From: Candidatus Latescibacterota bacterium
GTDB lineage: Bacteria; Latescibacterota; UBA2968; UBA8231
Direction of reading: 5' to 3'
Length of the DNA: 64,000 bases
Assembly (NCBI GenBank): GCA_965248355.1
Contig: OZ252098.1
Coordinates: 3,072,001 to 3,136,000 of the forward strand
A program made the translations under genes and the position numbers. The first letter of the stretch is position 1, and the number at the start of each line of letters is the position of its first letter. The notes under the pieces were generated by a model. That model was not told where the DNA came from and did not search any database. It saw nothing but the letters and a program-made list of their open reading frames with translations. Below are positions 20,435 through 29,376 of the stretch, one piece after another.

Positions 20435-21949
20435 ATGGAGATTCCCGTGGGTAAGAGAAAATGGAACCCCATCGGCCAGGCCTGGCTGAGGAGCGAGCTG
20501 AACCTGGCAGTTCCCGCGCCGGCGGTAGAGAGCTACGTCGGAGCAGGCGCGCGGCAAACCGAGGTGCACGGCTCGCGAATCGTGGAGCGGTATCCGCGAC
20601 AGTACGCCGCGGACGGTTCCATCGCGGCCCATCTCCGTTTCGCCCTGCGCCATGAGCCGGTCGATCTCGGCGTGCTGGTCGCCGCCCTCCAGGCCGTCGA
20701 GCCGGCCGAGCTGGAGGCCTGGGCAAGGAGGGAACCCACGGGCGCTTTCAGCCGGCGCGCCTGGTTCTTCTATGAGACCTTCACCGGCCGGACTCTGGAC
20801 CTGGAGGACGTCCGCGCCGGCAACTACGTCATGGCCCTCGATCCCGGCAGGCATATCGTCGCCGTACGCCGCAATTCCCCGCGCCACCGCGTGGCCGACA
20901 ACCTTCTCGGCGGTCCCGGTCTCTGCCCCACGGTCCGCCGCACGCCGAGGCTGACGGAGCAGATCGGCATGCAGGTGGGCCGGGAGGGGCGCGCGCTCAT
21001 CGAAAGCTGCGACCCGGTCATCCTTGCCCGGGCCGTCAACCACCTCTACACCAAGGAGACGCGCTCCTCGTTCGCCATCGAAGGAGAAACCCCGGGCGCC
21101 CGGCGCACCGAGCGCTTCGTCGCCGCGCTCAAGGGAGCGCCGGACTTCGATCTGGCCGACGTGGCCGCCCTGGTTCGCCTGCAGGGGGAGATCGTCGACC
21201 CCCGGTACGCGGCCAGCGGCTGGCGCGGTTTCCAGAACTTCGTCGGCTCGACCTCGGGGGAGTACCGCGAGGAGGTGCACTTCATCTGCCCGCGCCCCGA
21301 AGACGTGGCCGACCTCATGCAGGCCTGGACGAGATTGACCCGGCGCGTTGTCGAGGGGGGGGTCGATCCCATGGTGGCGGCCGCGGCCTGCGCCTTCGCC
21401 TTCGTCTTCATCCACCCCTTCGAGGACGGGAACGGCCGCATCCACCGCTTCCTGGTACATCACGTTCTCGCCAGGCGGGGGTACAGTCCGCCCGGGGTCA
21501 TCTTTCCCGTCTCCGCGGCCATTCTCCGCGATCAGCGCAGCTACGAAGAGGTGCTCGAAACCTTCTCGCGGCCGATCCTCGAATTCATCCAGTGGGACTG
21601 GACGGCAGGGCGGGAGATCGCCGTCGGCAACGAAACTGCAGATCTCTACCGCTATTTCGACGCCACCGCCTTCGCGGAGTACCTGTACGACCGCGTGGCC
21701 GACACGGTCCGCCGCGATCTCAAGGAGGAGCTTGGATTCATTGCCGTCTTCGACCGCGCGTTCGAAGCAGTGCGCGGGATCGTCGACATGCCGGACCGCC
21801 GGGCTTCCCTGTTCGTGCGCCTCTGCATGCAGAACGAAGGCCGGCTTTCGGCGGCGAAACGGCAGCGGTTCCCCGAGCTGGACGACGCGGAACTCGCCGC
21901 CATGGAAGCGGCGGTCCGGGATGCGACGGAAGAGGGGACCGGACGCTGA
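20435..21949 (+). CDS. Fic-domain protein with intramolecular inhibitory motif, antisense inside the btu operon
   Basis: HPFEDGNGRIHR catalytic motif; SFAIEG matches (S/T)xxxE(G/N). Confidence 0.92.
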   Translation: MEIPVGKRKWNPIGQAWLRSELNLAVPAPAVESYVGAGARQTEVHGSRIVERYPRQYAADGSIAAHLRFALRHEPVDLGVLVAALQAVEPAELEAWARREPTGAFSRRAWFFYETFTGRTLDLEDVRAGNYVMALDPGRHIVAVRRNSPRHRVADNLLGGPGLCPTVRRTPRLTEQIGMQVGREGRALIESCDPVILARAVNHLYTKETRSSFAIEGETPGARRTERFVAALKGAPDFDLADVAALVRLQGEIVDPRYAASGWRGFQNFVGSTSGEYREEVHFICPRPEDVADLMQAWTRLTRRVVEGGVDPMVAAAACAFAFVFIHPFEDGNGRIHRFLVHHVLARRGYSPPGVIFPVSAAILRDQRSYEEVLETFSRPILEFIQWDWTAGREIAVGNETADLYRYFDATAFAEYLYDRVADTVRRDLKEELGFIAVFDRAFEAVRGIVDMPDRRASLFVRLCMQNEGRLSAAKRQRFPELDDAELAAMEAAVRDATEEGTGR

Positions 21950-21968
21950 GGGGGCGGAGGCGCCGACG

Positions 21969-22027
21969 CGGAACCGGCCGGGGCCATGGGGAGCGTCGGC
22001 CGCGGCGGCCGACGAGACGGGCGCGGG
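21969..22027 (-). repeat. Copy 2 of the btuC 5'-end repeat, directly after the btuF stop
   Basis: Minus strand cccGCGcccgtctcgtcggccgccgcggccgacgctccccatggccccg; the start codon is degraded to GCG. Confidence 0.75.
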
Positions 22028-22029
22028 TA

Positions 22030-23202
22030 TCACTCCAGCCTCCGGTAGAAGTGGAGGGCGTGTCCCGGCAGGCGGTCGGGGTGGAGGATGCGGATGAAGT
22101 CGGCGAGCACGAGGTGGGGCTCGGCGACGCCCCGCTCCCAGTAGTCGTTGCCGCCGTGCTCGTTGAGCCGGGCATTGGCGTTGTAGACCCGGCCCTCGGC
22201 GAAGGCGGCGAAGGCGGCGAAGGCGGCGTAGCGCTCGTCGGCGGCGCGCACGTCGGCCAGGGAGTGCCACTCGTTGCGCATGGTCAGCCAGAAATCGGCG
22301 CCGTGGGCCCTCTCGTACACGGCCTCGAAGTCGAGGGGCAGGCTCTCCCGGGACTCGTCGCCGGCCCACAGGTAGCGGCCGCCGGCGTCGGCGATGAGCT
22401 GCGCCGCATAGCTGCGACCGCCGGCCACGTGCCAGGTGTCGCGCCAGAGGGACCCGCCGAAGACCGAGGGCCGCTCGTCGGCGGGCACGTCCCTCACCAG
22501 GGCCGCGTACCGCTGGTATTCCTCCTCGATCTCGTCGAAGCGCTCCTCCGCCAGACCCTCGGCGTTGAAGAAGGCCGCCGTGAACTTGAGCCACTCGCTG
22601 CGGCCCAGGAGCGAGGGCTCGGTGTACTCGGCGTTGATGGCCACGGCCACCCCGGCCTGCCGCAGGACCGGGTGGGCGTTGTAGCGGCTCTGGGCCGAGG
22701 CCACGGTCATGACCAGGTCGGTCTCCAGCTCCAGGACCCGCTCGAGATCGACCCCGGCGCCGTGGCCGATCTCGGCGATGCGGCCGGCCTCGAAGCGCTC
22801 GTTGACGCCGGGCGAATGGACCATCGCGATGTCGCTGACCGCCGCCAGGCTCTCGAGGGCATCCAGCAATGCGAGGTGGGGCAGCTGCGTCGTGGACAGG
22901 GCCGCGAGGCGGCGGACGGGAATGGTGATGCGCTGGACGCCGTCGTACCCGTCGGGCGCGGGGGTGCCGCACTGGACCAGCAGGTAGCGCACGCCCTCCT
23001 CGGCCCCGGGCCACGGGGTATGCACGGTGACCACTTTGTAGTGGCCGAAGTACTCGATGGAAAAGCTCTCTGCGTACCTCAGCCGGGCCTTGCGGGGGAA
23101 GTAGTCCGCTCCCGGGTCGTAGTCGTCGACGCAGTCCGCCCAGTACCCCGCCGGCGCGCCGAGGATCAGCCAGGCGACGATACACACGCTACCTCGCATC
23201 AA
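22030..23202 (-). CDS. btuF: Cobalamin ABC substrate-binding protein
   Basis: Signal peptide, CVDDYDPGADYFP, LGRSEWLKF and NDYWE.G..EPH..LAD; lies downstream of the B12 riboswitch. Confidence 0.85.
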   Translation of the reverse strand: MMRGSVCIVAWLILGAPAGYWADCVDDYDPGADYFPRKARLRYAESFSIEYFGHYKVVTVHTPWPGAEEGVRYLLVQCGTPAPDGYDGVQRITIPVRRLAALSTTQLPHLALLDALESLAAVSDIAMVHSPGVNERFEAGRIAEIGHGAGVDLERVLELETDLVMTVASAQSRYNAHPVLRQAGVAVAINAEYTEPSLLGRSEWLKFTAAFFNAEGLAEERFDEIEEEYQRYAALVRDVPADERPSVFGGSLWRDTWHVAGGRSYAAQLIADAGGRYLWAGDESRESLPLDFEAVYERAHGADFWLTMRNEWHSLADVRAADERYAAFAAFAAFAEGRVYNANARLNEHGGNDYWERGVAEPHLVLADFIRILHPDRLPGHALHFYRRLE

Positions 23203-23225
23203 GGTCTCCCCATGAGACGAGCCAC

Positions 23226-23792
23226 CTAGTCATTGGCCGCACCCAGTCCGGGCTCCCACAACACGTCCGCCTCGCCGCCGTCGTTGGCGGCCCGGGCCAT
23301 GGCGAAGAGCAGGTCGGAGAGCCGGTTGAGATACTGCGGGACCGGCTCGCCCACCGGCTCCTGCTCCGCCAGCTGCCAGACGGCCCGCTCGGCGCGCCGG
23401 CAGACCGTGCGCGCCAGGTGGAGCCAGGCGGCGGGGGGCCGGCCCCCGGGCAGGACGAAGCTGCGCAGGGGAGCCAGCTCTCGCGTGAGCTGGTCGATCC
23501 GCTCCTCCAGGTAGAGGACCTGCTTCGGCTGCAGGCGCAGGCGCTCCTCCTCGCCATCGGCCCGGGGCACGCACAGATCGGCCCCCACGTCGAAGAGGTC
23601 GTTCTGCACCCGGGCGAGGACGTCGTCGAGACCGGCGCCGCCGGCGCGGGCCAGCCCGATCACCGAGTTCAGCTCATCCACACACCCGTAGGCGGCGATG
23701 CGGGCGCTGGTCTTGGGCACCTGCGACATGTCGCCGAGCCGCGTCAGGCCGCCGTCGCCCGTCTTGGTGTAGAGCCTGGATAGAGTCACCAT
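23226..23792 (-). CDS. pduO: ATP:cob(I)alamin adenosyltransferase, PduO type
   Basis: YTKTGDGG.T, AYG.VDELNS, FVLPGG, ARTVCRRAER, YLNRLSDLLF. Confidence 0.95.
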   Translation of the reverse strand: MVTLSRLYTKTGDGGLTRLGDMSQVPKTSARIAAYGCVDELNSVIGLARAGGAGLDDVLARVQNDLFDVGADLCVPRADGEEERLRLQPKQVLYLEERIDQLTRELAPLRSFVLPGGRPPAAWLHLARTVCRRAERAVWQLAEQEPVGEPVPQYLNRLSDLLFAMARAANDGGEADVLWEPGLGAAND

Positions 23793-23816
23793 GGCTGTCT
23801 TCCTCTCTCCTCTCTC

Positions 23817-25238
23817 CTACTTGACCAGCATCACCTTGCCCGCCGCCCGTTGCCCGTCCGCCCGCAGATCCACCAGGTAGGCGCCGCTGCCCACCGGCTC
23901 TCCCCCGTCGTCTCGGCCGTCCCAGTGTAGGACATGCCGCCCCGCCGCCACTGGGCCGGAGGTCAGGGTGCGGACGGTGCGGCCCAGAAGGTCGAGGACG
24001 GTCAGCTCGACCGGGGTGTTGGCCCGGCCGAGGGCAAAGGGGATGTGCACCGAGGCGTTGAAGGGATTGGGCCAGGCCGCCTCGAGGGCGAACTCTTTCG
24101 GCAAGCCCGTGTCGGAGATCCCCTCCACGGCGGTGGGGACGGCGGCGTCGCCGAGGACGACGATGTGCGAGGGCGGCAGGCCGGTGCCGATGGGGCCGCC
24201 CAGGAAGGCGCCCGTGGCCGCGTCGTAGAGCTTGAGGCCCGCCGCGTCCGGGTCGTCCCAGCTGCCGCGGTCGGCGACGATGAGTCGGTCGCCGTCAACG
24301 GCCAGGCTGGGGATGAAGCCGCCGCTGGTTTCCTCCAGGGGCGGGCCCACGGCGCCGCTGGACAGATCGAAGGGCCGCACGCTGTTGACGAAGTTCTCGT
24401 CCGCCACCACCGCATAGCCCCGGTTCCCGTCGACGAGGATCATGGTGGTGATGTCGCCGCCCAGGTCCTGCTCGCTCACGGCCACTCCCAGACTGCGGTT
24501 CGTTGCCGTATCGACGATCTCCACCCCTCCGGCTCGATCTCCGAAGTTGACCACCACCCCCACGGCGATGCGCTCGCCGGCGACGGCCAGGCTGTTGGGG
24601 TTGGCCGCGCCCAGGGCGATGCCCTGCACGCCCTCGGTCTCCGGGTCCACGTCCACGAGGGTGTCCGTGCCGAGATCGACGACGATCAGGTAGCTGACGT
24701 CGGCCGGTCCCCACCCCCCGTCGCGGTCGAGGCGCTGGCAGGTCAGGTAGAGGCGTTCACCCACACGGACGATCTGGGACACCTCGGCAAGGCCGTCGTC
24801 GTCGGCAAAGGCGCCCAGGTCGATCTCCCCCAGCTCGGCGCCGTCCCGGGGATCGACGATCAGCAGGGACGCGACGTCGTAGCGAGTCACGTACGCCTTG
24901 TCGGGTGCGACGACCTCGATGTCGTGGGGATTGGCGCCGTTGCCCACCGAGAACTGGACCAGGGGCGTGCGCAGATCGGTCTCGTCCAGCACCAGGATAT
25001 TGTCCTGCCCGAGGCGGTTGACGATGTAGACGCGGCCGTCGTGGTAGTGCCCCACGGCGTCGGAGTGGATGCCCAGCAGGTTGACCTCGGCCTCGGCGGC
25101 GCCAGCGGCCAGGTAGGCGGTGCTGCCGGTGGAGAAGTCCGTGGTGAGGACGAAGAGGCCGCTACGCGCCCAGGACGGGTTCGCCGGCAGCAGGAGTGCG
25201 GCGGCGGCCACAACGCAAAGGCGGTGAGCACGGTACAA
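23817..25238 (-). CDS. Secreted YncE/BtuG-like beta-propeller with FlgD/T9SS-like CTD
   Basis: TTG start with GAGGAG SD; Sec signal without lipobox; NPHDI...KAYVTRY blades; PTAV..WPNPFNAS...GSGAYLV..GKVMLVK. Confidence 0.78.
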   Translation of the reverse strand: MYRAHRLCVVAAAALLLPANPSWARSGLFVLTTDFSTGSTAYLAAGAAEAEVNLLGIHSDAVGHYHDGRVYIVNRLGQDNILVLDETDLRTPLVQFSVGNGANPHDIEVVAPDKAYVTRYDVASLLIVDPRDGAELGEIDLGAFADDDGLAEVSQIVRVGERLYLTCQRLDRDGGWGPADVSYLIVVDLGTDTLVDVDPETEGVQGIALGAANPNSLAVAGERIAVGVVVNFGDRAGGVEIVDTATNRSLGVAVSEQDLGGDITTMILVDGNRGYAVVADENFVNSVRPFDLSSGAVGPPLEETSGGFIPSLAVDGDRLIVADRGSWDDPDAAGLKLYDAATGAFLGGPIGTGLPPSHIVVLGDAAVPTAVEGISDTGLPKEFALEAAWPNPFNASVHIPFALGRANTPVELTVLDLLGRTVRTLTSGPVAAGRHVLHWDGRDDGGEPVGSGAYLVDLRADGQRAAGKVMLVK

Positions 25239-25250
25239 GTAGATCTCCTC

Positions 25251-27485
25251 TCATTCCATGGGGTCGGTGGCATAGTGCATGGAGAGCCCGTACGAGCGGC
25301 CCGGCAGCGGGTAGCCCCACAGATCGGCCACCTGGTCATCGGTCAGGTTGCGCAGCTCCCACGAAAGGGAGAGACCCGCCGCCAGCGGCACGCTGCCGCC
25401 GAGGTTGCAGAGGGTGCGGACGGGCACGGCCCGCAGGTTGGCGCGGTCGAGGAAGTGGCGGCTCTCGCGGCTGACCTCGCCGTAGAGCCCGGCGCCGCCC
25501 AGGTCGACGGAGGCGCGCCCGTGGAGGCGGTGGCGCGGCGCGTTGGGCAGGTCGTTGCCTCGCTCGAAGGAGAAGGGCGTGCGGTTCTCGGGGCGCTGGT
25601 AGACGTAGCTGCCGCGGACCTCCAGGGCCGGCCACAACCGCGCCTGCACTCGCGTCTCGACGCCGCGCAGCAGGGCCCGCCCCAGGTTGTGGGGCCGCGA
25701 CACCTGCTGCGAGTTCTGCACGAAGCGGATGAGGTCCTCCACGCGGTTGCGGTAGTACACGGCCTCGGCCAGGGTCAGCCCCGCGCCATCGGTGCGGCGC
25801 CGGTAGACCAGGCCCAGGTCGCGGTTGCGCCCGCTTTCGCTGACGAGGCCGGTATTGCCGATCACGGCGCCGCGGTCGCCGAAGAGCTCGAAGAAGCTGG
25901 GTGCGCGCTCATAGCGGCCATCGTGGGCCTTGAGGGCCAGACCGCCGCCCAGGTCCAGGTTCCCCCCCATGCGCCAGCCCCACAGCAACTCGACGTTTTC
26001 CCGGCTCGGCAGCACGTCGCTGGGAGCGAAGTTCTTGCGGTCGAAGAAGCGGTCGTCCAGAGCCTCGGCCTGGGTGCCGGCATTGAGGGTCAGGCGCGGC
26101 CCCAGGGGCACCTCCACCTCGGTACCGGCGGCCAGGGCCCGGCGGCGGCTGCGCAGGAGCCGGCTGTCCGACCGCAGCAGGTCGTCCGGCGCGAAGCTCT
26201 CGCGCCGGGCGCCGGCGAAGGCGGTGACCAGGGAATTCCCCGGCAGCAGGGCATTCGCCTCGCCCCGCAGGCCCACGCTCCGCATGAGGTTGCGGTCGTG
26301 CTGGCGGCCCACGCCCACCTCGCCGCGCAGGTCCCTGTACTCGTCCTGCGTCAGGGAGTGGTGGGCCTGGAGGCGGTAGCCGGCTCGGTTGTGTCCCAGA
26401 GGGCCGAAGAGGGAGGCCTCGGCGATATGGCGCCAGGTGTCGTAGCGGGTGTGCAGGGACTGGTTGTTGCCGAGGCCGGGGATGCCCTTGCTGTCCAGGT
26501 CGAAGGTGTTGTGGATCTGCAGACGGCTGGCCCCCAGGTAGCGGCCGATCTTGGCCAGGCCGCGCAAACCGCGGAAGTCGCTGTTGAGCCGCCGCGCCCA
26601 GCCGTCGTCGCCGGCGTTGTACTCGGTGCCGTTGTCGTCGAGGAAGGGGAAGTCGTTGCGGCTGGTCCGGTAGTCGACCAGTCCGAGGTACTCCCAGCCC
26701 TTCCAGGGCCCGCCGACGGAGGCTCCCATCCGGCGGGTGCCGTAGGAGCCGCTGGCCGTGCGCAGCAGGGTGCGGACCTCGCTGCCGAGGGGCCGGGTGC
26801 GCAGGTGGACCACGCCGCCGAGGCTGTTGCCGCCGAAGCGCGCCGGCACCGCGCCCCGGTAGATCTCGACGCTCGCCAGGCCGCCCACGGGCAGGCCGCC
26901 CAGGTCGACGCCGCCGCCCACGGCCCGGTTGAGGGGCACCCCGTCGAGAAAGACCTGCACCTGCTCCGAGGTGGAGCCGCGGATGGAAAGGGTGCTGAAG
27001 CTGCCCAGCCCGCCGTAGCGGCGCACGTTGACGCCGGTGGCGCGGTCCAGGGTGCTGGCCAAGTCGGCGGCCGGGGAGCGTCCCGGGTCCAGGGAGATGG
27101 TCTCGACGAAGGCGGCCACCGGCTCGCCGCCGGGGTGGCGCCGGGCGCGGACGACCATCTCGTCCATGAGCAGGGGGAGAGGCTCCAGGCGCCACTCGAC
27201 CGACGAGAGGTCATCGCCCGTGAGCAGGCGGGCCTGCAGAGGGCGGTATCCCAGCCGTTGCACGCGCAGGTCCCAGGCGCCGGACGCCAGGTCCTGGAGG
27301 CGGAATGCGCCGGCCGAATCGCTGCGGGCTGAACGAACCGCCCCGGAGGCGGCGCGCAGGGTCAGCAAGGCGCCGGCCACGGGGCCCCCCGCGTCGCCGT
27401 CGAGGAGCCGGCCCTCCAGGACCCCGGCCAACAGAGGCGGGGGCTGGGTCAGCTGCAGGGCCAGCAGCAGGGACCACAAGGGCAT
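25251..27485 (-). CDS. btuB: TonB-dependent cobalamin receptor
   Basis: Plug motif SIRGSTSEQVQVFLDGVPLN, VEIYRG, C-terminal GYPLPGRS; first gene after the riboswitch. Confidence 0.88.
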   Translation of the reverse strand: MPLWSLLLALQLTQPPPLLAGVLEGRLLDGDAGGPVAGALLTLRAASGAVRSARSDSAGAFRLQDLASGAWDLRVQRLGYRPLQARLLTGDDLSSVEWRLEPLPLLMDEMVVRARRHPGGEPVAAFVETISLDPGRSPAADLASTLDRATGVNVRRYGGLGSFSTLSIRGSTSEQVQVFLDGVPLNRAVGGGVDLGGLPVGGLASVEIYRGAVPARFGGNSLGGVVHLRTRPLGSEVRTLLRTASGSYGTRRMGASVGGPWKGWEYLGLVDYRTSRNDFPFLDDNGTEYNAGDDGWARRLNSDFRGLRGLAKIGRYLGASRLQIHNTFDLDSKGIPGLGNNQSLHTRYDTWRHIAEASLFGPLGHNRAGYRLQAHHSLTQDEYRDLRGEVGVGRQHDRNLMRSVGLRGEANALLPGNSLVTAFAGARRESFAPDDLLRSDSRLLRSRRRALAAGTEVEVPLGPRLTLNAGTQAEALDDRFFDRKNFAPSDVLPSRENVELLWGWRMGGNLDLGGGLALKAHDGRYERAPSFFELFGDRGAVIGNTGLVSESGRNRDLGLVYRRRTDGAGLTLAEAVYYRNRVEDLIRFVQNSQQVSRPHNLGRALLRGVETRVQARLWPALEVRGSYVYQRPENRTPFSFERGNDLPNAPRHRLHGRASVDLGGAGLYGEVSRESRHFLDRANLRAVPVRTLCNLGGSVPLAAGLSLSWELRNLTDDQVADLWGYPLPGRSYGLSMHYATDPME

Positions 27486-27486
27486 G

Positions 27487-27515
27487 AAAAAACCCGCCCT
27501 CGTTCGAGAGCGGGT
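27487..27515 (-). terminator. Riboswitch expression platform: hairpin plus U6 that also holds the probable SD
   Basis: Minus strand ACCCGCTCTC-GAAC-GAGGGCGGGT-TTTTT-C-ATG. Confidence 0.75.
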
Positions 27516-27572
27516 CGGGGCGCCGTGTCCGGGCACCGGTGACCACCTTTCTGCCGAAGGAGTCGTTCACCT

Positions 27573-27770
27573 CGGTCGCAGGCAGGTCTCCTGACTTCCG
27601 GTGTGCGCCTTCCGGCTCCTTCCCGATCCGCGGGGGATCAGTGGCTGCTGCCGGGGACGCGACGGCGGTTGCGCCGTCTACCGGTCACAGTGGCGGGACC
27701 GCGGCAGATTTTCACTGCCTTCCCTATTCTTCCGCTGCCCGGGGAGGGCGGCGGACACCTGCGCCGTAAC
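27573..27770 (-). ncRNA. Cobalamin riboswitch
   Basis: Minus strand AGGTG...AATAGGGAAGGCAGTGAAAATCTGCCGCGGTCCCGCCACTGT...GCCACTG...GGGAAGG...AAGTCAGGAGACCTGCC (B12 box). Confidence 0.95.
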
Positions 27771-27780
27771 GTCGGCGGGG

Positions 27781-27810
27781 AGTTTAAGAGTGGCGGGGCG
27801 GATCTGTCAA
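27781..27810 (-). promoter_or_regulatory. sigma70 promoter of the btu operon
   Basis: TTGACA-18-TAAACT about 10 nt upstream of the riboswitch. Confidence 0.75.
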
Positions 27811-28057
27811 GGCTCTCGATGGGGGACCACCACCAATCGCGAGATCGACTCGGACAGGCTTGGCCAAGCCGGCTCTCCGATGGCTCGCGGATCCTCAACC
27901 ACTGATGTACCATCAAGTGGAAGCCACATGGGCTGTATCCGAAGGTTATCGAGAAATCGTCTGCTGCCGGTGATTCCGAAACGGGTTCTTGACGTAGGTT
28001 GACGCTGCCCGTTCTCCCCGCTTGTGACAAGTTCCCTTGTCAGATGGAGACTATTGA

Positions 28058-29007
28058 ATGGATGACGAATTTGAGGAAATCGCGCACTCAGGCGGCAAGA
28101 TCACTTTCTGCATCAAGACTGATGCCGATCGGCGTCGCTCCTTCGAGATTGCCTATAGACATGTCCGTGCGGTTCAGAACGCTGTGACTGGGGTATATGC
28201 GCTACGGCAAGGAGTGCCCGTTGAGTCCATTCGATTCGGGGGCATTGGGCAGCCTTGGAACCTGGCGCCTCTCCCGGGCTGCTTTCCCGTGTTACTTGCA
28301 TCCGATAGCGAAGGGGAGTTCGGACATACTTGCCCAAGCTGCGAAGGATACTGGCGTAGCGGACCGTGGCCATGATAGTTGCGAAGTTGAGATAGACATG
28401 GACCAAGTCGCCGAAGCCGTGGCTAGACAAGGCGATAGGCCAGCATTCTACGTAGCAGAGCAAAGCCAGCAACGCAAGTTCAACTGTACAGCCTGTGGCG
28501 AGTTCAACGACATTCGCGGACGCTTTGGCTACTGTTCTGTTTGTGGGACTCGGAATGATTTGGACGAATTCCTGATCCAGGTCCGAAGCATCCGAGACCG
28601 CTTAAACACTGAGGAGGCGCCTCCTGAAGATTGCCTTCGAGACGCGGCTTCGGCCTTTGGCTCATTTGCCACACAGGTTGCGAAGCAGTTATTCGAACGT
28701 GTCCCGATGACCCCTCGTCGCCAAGGCCTCTTGGCAGGGATGGGATTCTACAACATCCGTGCGGCCGCCTCGAATCTGTGTAGTTGGCGACATCGACATC
28801 CGTGCGCGTATAGCGGAAGCCGAATGGAAGCATGTGGTCGTGAAGTTTCGTCGCCGGCGCGTCTATGAGCACCAAGGAGGCGAAGCGGACGAACGATACC
28901 TCAAGGAGAGCGGTGACACGACCGTCCGTTTGAGGCAGCGCATCCATGAGTCACGGGAAGGGATCCACAACCTACTGCCGATCAGGTCATTTCAAGATAG
29001 GCAGTAG
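28058..29007 (+). pseudogene. Fragmented low-GC gene: Zn-ribbons plus a putative HEPN-like RxxxxH domain
   Basis: Three frames: CPSC..YWRS*, then CTAC...CSVC, then RRRVYEHQGGEAD. Atypical codon usage. Confidence 0.65.
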
Positions 29008-29376
29008 GTGCGCAGCCAAAGGGAGGTAGCGCAGGGGGGTACCTGGCTACTGAGCTACTCTCGGTCCGCCATTTTGGGTCCAGATGCGAATCTCGGGGCG
29101 GCGGAGGCGATCGCTCTAATCCATGGCGCTGTAGGTAGAGTCCTGGGACGATCCTGCCCACTCTCTAGAGCGAAAGGGCCGGTGTCAGTGAGAGCATCAA
29201 GACCATCACTTTCTTTCGATTGCAGCCGTGGCAACCAGTCGGGATTTTCAACAGATGTCGACCGCCACGTGAAATGGGATTATATGATCGAAATGCAACT
29301 TCGTCGTCGGGCACGTTCTTACGGCAATCACGGTAGATTTGGCCATCCCAGCGGACCAGCTGCAGCAAAACCCGCG

